Assembly (NCBI GenBank): GCA_963809525.1
Contig: CAWEJY010000010.1
Span: 90,180-154,179, forward strand
Reading direction: 5' to 3'
Length of the DNA stretch: 64,000 nucleotides
Source of the DNA: an uncultured Solirubrobacteraceae bacterium
GTDB taxonomy: Bacteria; Actinomycetota; Thermoleophilia; Solirubrobacterales; Solirubrobacteraceae
The stretch's first letter is position 1; every line of letters begins with the position of its first letter. The notes under the pieces were generated by a model that worked only from the letters and a program-made list of their open reading frames with translations, was not told the DNA's origin and did not search any database. Positions 63,768-64,000 of the stretch are shown here, piece after piece. A program made the translations under genes and the position numbers.

Positions 63768-64000
63768 TCACCCCCCGGTGACGGCCCGCCGGAACGTCGC
63801 GTACGCCGCCCGCGTGCGCCCGTCCGGCGCGATCAGCCCGGAGTCCCAGCGCGGCGGCGGCTCGCCGCGGAACTGATAGACGTCGAACCGGGTGATGCGC
63901 GGGTCCAGACGCGGCGCGCGCGCCAGCAGGAACGCGAGGTCGGCGTTCGCCGCCGCGGGGCTCTGCGCGCTGCGCCCGTCGTCGCCGGGCTGCAGGCGGC
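63768..64000 (-). CDS. 3' end of an unidentified gene (C-terminus ...RFDVYQFRGEPPPRWDSGLIAPDGRTRAAYATFRRAVTGG); 5' end outside window
   Basis: Open minus-strand frame with high GC3 ending at the stop tca 63768-63770. The DSGLI.PDG..R.AY..F ending is reminiscent of secreted glycosyl-hydrolase-like proteins, a weak resemblance. Confidence 0.4.
   Translation of the reverse strand, partial: RLQPGDDGRSAQSPAAANADLAFLLARAPRLDPRITRFDVYQFRGEPPPRWDSGLIAPDGRTRAAYATFRRAVTGG

Noticed and set aside
1-64000. Search for mobile elements, prophage parts, tRNA/rRNA genes and classical defence systems (RM, CBASS, Thoeris, etc.).
   Set aside because: No transposase, integrase, recombinase, phage structural gene, tRNA-like cloverleaf or recognisable defence-gene signature was seen. 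Only the VapBC cassette qualifies as accessory.

Overview
High-GC (third codon positions nearly all G/C), gene-dense chromosomal segment. It looks actinobacterial, and the many secreted Gly/Ala-rich proteins make me guess Thermoleophilia/Conexibacter-like, but that is inference only. I support about 58 protein-coding genes, two of which look disrupted. I found no rRNA, tRNA, CRISPR array, transposase or integrase. Most of the long ORFs in the supplied track are antisense or out-of-frame high-GC artefacts; I chose coding frames by GC3 bias, recognisable motifs and start/stop coupling.

Content in order:
- GH65 fragment, USP, DUF779-aldehyde dehydrogenase pair, NAPRTase-like gene.
- Two DrrAB-like ABC-2 exporters flanking an S1C protease and a decayed TetR gene.
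- TetR plus a fadA-fadB-acd beta-oxidation operon; fadB carries a 1-nt frameshift.
- A gap-free six-gene exported operon: Gly-rich beta-solenoid, GH26, DUF1800, Tat-DUF1501, cupredoxin, CE4 deacetylase.
- An AlkZ-like DNA glycosylase.
- A three-gene copper operon: double cupredoxin, two-domain multicopper oxidase, cupredoxin-Ig.
- A cNMP/CBS/DUF294 nucleotidyltransferase coupled to a DEDDh exonuclease.
- GDPD, an SDR with an unknown Cys-rich protein, GGDEF-EAL, a secreted Fn3-like protein.
- Tocopherol-cyclase-like gene and a fatty-acid hydroxylase, then an L,D-transpeptidase.
- A five-gene operon ending in a PhaC-like hydrolase.
- OB/HD nuclease plus a fused PafBC WYL regulator.
- DUF1326/DUF2182 pair with atypical codon usage.
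- GT87-like membrane protein, PPOX, rmlA-rmlD-rmlB.
- Family-5 UDG, MgtE_N protein plus NRAMP, Lhr helicase, VapBC.

The best candidate for an undescribed system is the 16.4-24.1 kb exported operon built around the uncharacterised DUF1800/DUF1501 pair. Secondary candidates are the copper operon (25.2-28.1 kb) and the cNMP-DUF294/exonuclease pair. All functional calls rest on motif recognition from memory; no database search was run.
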